64,000 nt of DNA from an uncultured delta proteobacterium. GTDB lineage: Bacteria; Desulfobacterota; WTBG01; JAGOGO01. Positions within the stretch are counted from its first letter, which is position 1. Every line of letters begins with the position of its first letter. The stretch spans positions 3,680-67,679 of the forward strand of contig CAVTQE010000021.1 of assembly GCA_963736755.1 (NCBI GenBank), written 5' to 3'. Positions 59,576-64,000 of the stretch are shown piece by piece. The position numbers were made by a program, and so were the translations under genes. Below the pieces are notes generated by a model that was given only the letters and a program-made list of their open reading frames with translations, ran no database searches and was not told where the DNA came from.

Positions 59576-62514
59576 TTACTTTAGGCTAAAATCTACCCGG
59601 CTGTTTTTGAGATTTTCTTTCTTTTCCGGAGTAAGGCTCTTTGGTTCAATAATAAAAATCCGGTCAGCGGTCACCTGACCTGATTTCGTGATGAGTTCTT
59701 TGACGTTTAAGGCGCGCTGATTGGCGAGCGCGCGAAGATCATCATCAGTTATTTTGGTGTTGGTGAGCATTAATTTTTCCATTTCCGGAACCGGGAGCTT
59801 CTTTAACAGGCCCACCATCGTCCGGGGTTTGGGGAACTTGGCTGCTTTATACGCCAGGGTAAGATACTTTTCATACTCCTCGGGTTCTATGGTGACGTCA
59901 TCAACCGATGTTTCCTTGCCCTTTTTCCCGCTTTTCTGTAATTTCTGGGCTTTGACCTTTTGGTTGAGATAATAATTTTTTAGACCTTCAGGATCGTTCT
60001 CGGCATCAACTATAACCGGTTATCTCGATCTGAAGCGAGGGTTTGTCGGAAAGCGCTTTTACCATATTGTCAATCTTTTTTAAATTTTCATCATTAACCC
60101 GGGCGATGCCATAATCAAATTCTATGTAACTTAAGTCTTCACCTCCTCCGAACAGGCTTCCGATCAGCGCGAAGGGAGCGGTTGCCGCTTTCACAAGGAT
60201 GTTCTTGAGCACTTTCATGATTATCTTCCAGACGCTGAATTCGGGATCATCGAGATTTCCCGAGACCGGGATATCCAGGTCGATCTTGCCGTTGCGGTCT
60301 TTGAGCAGGGAAATCGCCAGTTTTACCGGAAGCTGGACCGCGTCCTTGCTTTCAACTTTGTCTCCGAGGGTAAACTGGTCAAAAAAGATCTTGTTCTGCG
60401 ATTCGAGCTTTTTATTTACGATGAGGTATTTGACATCCAGGGAAAGTTTTCCTTTTTCAATGGTGTACCCTATATATTTCCCGGAATAAGGTGTCATGGG
60501 GCTAAGATCCAGCCCACGAAACTTCGCGGTCAGGTCCACAAAAAAATTATCGCTGGAGGGATTGATTTTTCCCACAATCTCGAAAGGAACATCAGAGCCC
60601 ATTTTTCCCCTCAGCTCCACGTCCGCGGTTTTATTTTTTCCCAGGGAAAGACCGGAAATCCTTCCGCCGAGATTCTTCAATTGGGTTGAATAACGCGGTT
60701 TAATCGTATAATCGGAAAAATCTACTCTCCCTCCCTGGAGGGTGATTTTTTCTATGTTTATATCTTGCGTCTCTTTGCCGGTTGTTGCCGAAGCCTGCTT
60801 TTGCTGCGCCGGTTGCGCTGGGGGTGACGTGGGTGCCGGTTTTTCCGCCTCAACAACCTGTTGCACATTAAGTGTTCCGTCGGAGTTGATGGTCACCCGG
60901 GAATAAAAATCGGTCAGGGAGATTCCTTTGATGTCAACCGAGAGGGGATTAGTCCCGGCGTTTATTGAGTCGAAAAACAGGGCTTTCCATTTCAAAAAAT
61001 CCTTGCCGTTTTCCTTATCCACGGAAGCAAAGTTTGCTACCAACGCAGTGCCTGAATAGTTGATTTTCAGCCCAGTAGGCCCTGAATCAATCACCCCAAG
61101 GTTTCCTTCGGTAGAAAAACTTCCGTCCGTGAGATGGATTTTGACCTTATCCGTGAAGTAGGGCTGGAATGTATCCAGGGCGACATCCTTGGTATCTACC
61201 GCGAGTTCGGCATTGAGCGGATCAATACTCACCGGCCCTTTAAGGGAAAGTGGAGCCTTGTTTTTCGAGCGCCAGGGAAAGGGAAAGCATGCCTTTGCTG
61301 CCTTTTGCGGTGGAAAGGTTGTCGACTTGAAGCGTCAGATCATTTACGTTCAGGGTAACCGGTTCAGCAGGCATGTCATCGTTAAAAGAAAGCTTGCCTT
61401 GCTGAATCTGGAACTGGTCAATGACCACCAGCGGAAGTCCGCTGTCTTTACCTGGTGTGGAAACCGTTGTTGCATCTTTTTGGGTTGCGGTCTCCGCTTC
61501 CTGACCTACCAGCGACTGTAAATTAATTTTTCCGGTTTTGCCCCGTCGCACCGACAGTTCCGGGGATTGCAGGATAATCTTTGCAAGGTGAAAATTTTTA
61601 GATAAAGGTCTAAGGGAACCAAGGTCGATACGGGCGGAGGATAGACGAAGAACAGGCTTATTTTCCAGATCGTCAAGGCCGATATCGCCGGAGGCCAATA
61701 TTTCCGGTTAGTTCCAAGGCTGGACCCTTATCTTTATATCGGATAAAAAGCGAGTTTTGCGTTTACATCCAAAGACGGCGGAGGGGAGTTTGACAGTTCA
61801 GCTTCATGGGAACGTAAGGCAGGTAGTGGGCCAGATCAATATCTTTTAGCGTGATATCAAGATTCGTCTGCAGTGAATCGGCAAAAGGTTTTGTCTTGCC
61901 CTGGAGAGAAAAATTTTTGCCGTTGATGTCGCCGGAGAGCTTTGGCTGGACAAAAATATCGATATCATGGGGTCGGTTCGAAATTGAGGGAATGGTAATG
62001 TTAAGGTTCCGAACCGTGTGGTTAGTATCTTTCGGACCGTCAATGAAATCGATGCTTCCTCCGGATAGTGAAATATTATTAAGCGAAAACTTTACTGGTT
62101 CGGTTTTTTTCTCTGGTTCGTGGTTCAGGTTTTGGTTTTCCCATCAGATCAGAAAAATTATAGGACTCGTCTTTCCGGCGGACCACCTTGAAATAGGGCT
62201 TTACTATCCGTGACTCTTCAAGGACGACCGCTCTTTTCGCCAGGGAGATGCTTGAGAGGTTTACAAAAACTTCATCTAAGTAAACGAACTTATCCGCGCT
62301 GGCTCGCTCTTTAACGAGAAAACCTTTGACATCAAGGGTGAGGGCATACGGATTGATTTTTATCTTTTGGATAGTAACCTGACGGTGAAGATTTTCGGAA
62401 AGCTTTTTTACCAGGATCATTTTGAGAACCGGAGGGAGGACAAAAAAACCGAAAAGCGTAAATAAAACTAAAAAACCACCAAACCAACAGGATTATTTTT
62501 TTTATCCTTCGCAT
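59576..62514 (-). pseudogene. large DUF748 (AsmA-like) protein, broken into at least seven frames
   Basis: ATG at 62514 gives MRRIKKIILLVWWFFSFIYAF (TM segment). Continuations: 62079..62420 (LSENLHRQVTIQKIKINPYALTL); an unlisted frame at 61760-62100 (FSLNNISLSGGSIDFIDGPKD); 61240..61698; 60006..61232; 59576..60005 (VDAENDPEGLKNYY ... ADRIFIIEPKSL). Together they form a colinear DUF748-type sequence. Confidence 0.72.
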
Positions 62515-62760
62515 AATTCCCCCTTTTTTAAAAAAGATCGATATTTTTCTGTTTATAGTAAACTTTTTCCCCAGCCTTTGCAAGTGTAAGCTACGCTATC
62601 GAGAAAATGAGTATCAAGGGTGGAGTCATCTCAAAAGTGCGGGGAACGCAAAGAGTTTATTGAGGAAAATTAATCTCCGGAAATAATCTATTTGATTTGT
62701 TTTGGCCTATCTACTAACAAAAACTATACAATTTTAAAGACGATAGTTCATTCATAAAGA

Positions 62761-62796
62761 GTTAGAAAAATTTGTCCACTTGGGCCTGAAGACATA
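62761..62796 (+). repeat. 37-nt conserved motif, copy 3 (opposite orientation)
   Basis: GTTAGAAAAATTTGTCCACTTGGGCCTGAAGACATA is the reverse complement of the motif at 46114 and 49107. Confidence 0.8.
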
Positions 62797-62923
62797 CAAA
62801 AATATTAAAACGCAGGCTTTCTCTGTCGTCCTCTCTACCTTGTTTTGCGAGCATCCTTTCACCAGGCTGATGATCAACGCTAAAGGCACTGAGAAAAAAT
62901 CCCGTTTTGAAACTTCTTTTTTT

Positions 62924-64000
62924 CTACTTTATCTGTTCTGCATTTTCTCCTTCAGGTTTTTCTTGAGACTGTTGATTTTGTGATTCCTCCCCATGGTGTT
63001 GCTGGCCCTGAGGTTGAGAATGCTCCAGTCTTTGTTGCTCCAATTTCTGCTGCTCAAATTTCCCTTGCTCCAGTCTCTGTTGCTCTAGTTTCTGCTGCTC
63101 CAATTTCTGCTGCTCAAATTTCCCTTGCTCCAGTCTCTGTTGCTCCAGTTTCCGTTGCTCGAGTCTCTGCTGTTTAAATTTCTGTTGCTCTAGTCTCTGT
63201 TGGTCCAGTCTCTGCTGCTCCAGTTTCCGTTGCTCCAATTTCTGCTGCTCTAGTTTCTGTTGCTCCAATTTCTGTTGCTCCAGTTTCTGCTGCTCAAATT
63301 TCCCTTGCTCCAGTTTCTGTTGGTCCAGTCTCCGTTGCTCGAGTCTCTGCTGTTTAAATTTCTGTTGCTCTAGTCTCTGTTGGTCCAGTCTCTGCTGCTC
63401 CAGTTTCCGTTGCTCCAATTTCTGTTGCTCTAGTTTCTGCTGCTCTAGTTTCTGTTGCTCCAATTTCTGTTGCTCCAATTTCTGCTGCTCAAATTTCCCT
63501 TGCTCCAGTTTCTGTTGGTCCAGTCTCTGCTGCTCGAGCCTCTGCTGCAGATCTCGCTGACCCTCAAATCTCTGGTGATATTGCTCTTGCCTTTGATGCC
63601 TTAGTTCCTCTCTCTGTTGTTGCGGTCGGGGTTGATAGCCCTGAACGCCCCAGGTTCTTTGCCGTTCCCAATATCGATTATTATGCCAGCTCTCCCAGTC
63701 CTGTTGAAGTCGTGGGTGCGGAATCCGGTCATAGTCCCACCGGTGTCCGTACCAATTACGGTCTCGGTAGGATCCTCTCCAACCTGGGTCTACATCATAA
63801 TAAAAGCTTGGAACATTGTTATAATAAGCCCAACCCCGGTCATAATATTGTGAGCAATACCAACGACCTTCCCAGGGACGCCACCACCAACCATTCCAGA
63901 AAAATATGTCTACATCTATATCAGGAACAAAGTACACATCGTCCGTATCAGGCATCACTACCACATCCGGAGGTCCATAAAATCTGATGGGTGGCAGGGA
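62924..64000 (-). CDS. repeat protein: W/Y/R-rich N-terminal domain plus (QQKLE)n tandem repeat region; 5-prime end outside window
   Basis: The reading frame stays open to the window edge (PPIRFYGPPDVVVMPDTDDVYFVPD ... FFWNGWWWRPWEGRWY). The C-terminal ~180 aa are pentapeptide repeats encoded by 15-nt units. Confidence 0.6.
   Translation of the reverse strand, partial: SLPPIRFYGPPDVVVMPDTDDVYFVPDIDVDIFFWNGWWWRPWEGRWYCSQYYDRGWAYYNNVPSFYYDVDPGWRGSYRDRNWYGHRWDYDRIPHPRLQQDWESWHNNRYWERQRTWGVQGYQPRPQQQREELRHQRQEQYHQRFEGQRDLQQRLEQQRLDQQKLEQGKFEQQKLEQQKLEQQKLEQQKLEQQKLEQRKLEQQRLDQQRLEQQKFKQQRLEQRRLDQQKLEQGKFEQQKLEQQKLEQQKLEQQKLEQRKLEQQRLDQQRLEQQKFKQQRLEQRKLEQQRLEQGKFEQQKLEQQKLEQQRLEQGKFEQQKLEQQRLEHSQPQGQQHHGEESQNQQSQEKPEGENAEQIK
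62990..63545. repeat. coding tandem repeat, 15-nt unit (about 36 units) with 180-nt higher-order period
   Basis: Units are of the form CTGCTGCTCCAATTT / CTGTTGCTCCAGTTT. Blocks 63151-63240 and 63331-63420 are identical. Confidence 0.9.

Noticed and set aside
62780-62983. 67-aa ORF starting MGLKTY
   Set aside because: It begins inside the 37-nt conserved motif. The same MGLKTY appears as a false N-terminus of ORF 45804..46130. It is hydrophobic low-complexity sequence with no RBS.
62990-63545. Regular short repeats that could be mistaken for a CRISPR array
   Set aside because: The unit is only 15 nt, there are no unique spacers, and the repeats are in-frame coding sequence (QQKLE pentapeptides).

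Overview
This is bacterial chromosomal DNA, moderately AT-rich by eye, with diderm-type gene content. I recognised no rRNA, tRNA, CRISPR array, transposase, integrase or phage gene. All homology calls come from recalled motifs and families; nothing was searched.

Layout:
- 1-17.9 kb (+ strand): an envelope glycolipid-modification supercluster. It contains an OmpR-type response regulator and histidine kinase, a GC-rich GT39/ArnT-like glycosyltransferase, an L-Ara4N lipid A operon (arnB-arnC-arnA-arnD-arnE/F-like-arnT), a LAB_N protein, a second GT39-like enzyme, a 934-aa fusion of two LPS-kinase domains with a GT4 domain, and a CgeB-like glycosyltransferase.
- 18-26 kb: two small unknown genes, then (- strand) YtxH, a DUF948-like protein, ctpA, envC-like, ftsX, ftsE and a split transketolase.
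- 26-35.5 kb: a membrane protein, a decayed XRE/Panacea-like plus PD-(D/E)xK-like remnant, an aminotransferase, an SspB-like protein, a GC-rich frameshifted GTP-PEPCK, YdjM, an EVE-domain protein, adk and pncA.
- 35.6-42.8 kb: corA and a glycogen cluster (glgB, GH57, malQ).
- 42.8-49.8 kb: the accessory part. It has dense repeats, a roughly 200-bp module carrying a terminator and a promoter that separates unrelated small genes, MITE-like elements with target-site duplications, and an AT-rich three-gene island.
- 49.8-64 kb: MscS, class I aldolase, DUF4412, Smr, a metallophosphoesterase, MsrAB, a DUF3300/DUF2950 pair, a heavily disrupted DUF748 giant gene, and a partial gene built from (QQKLE)n tandem repeats.

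Cross-cutting observation: at least about 20 single-nucleotide frame disruptions interrupt otherwise well-conserved genes. Several of them sit in homopolymer runs.
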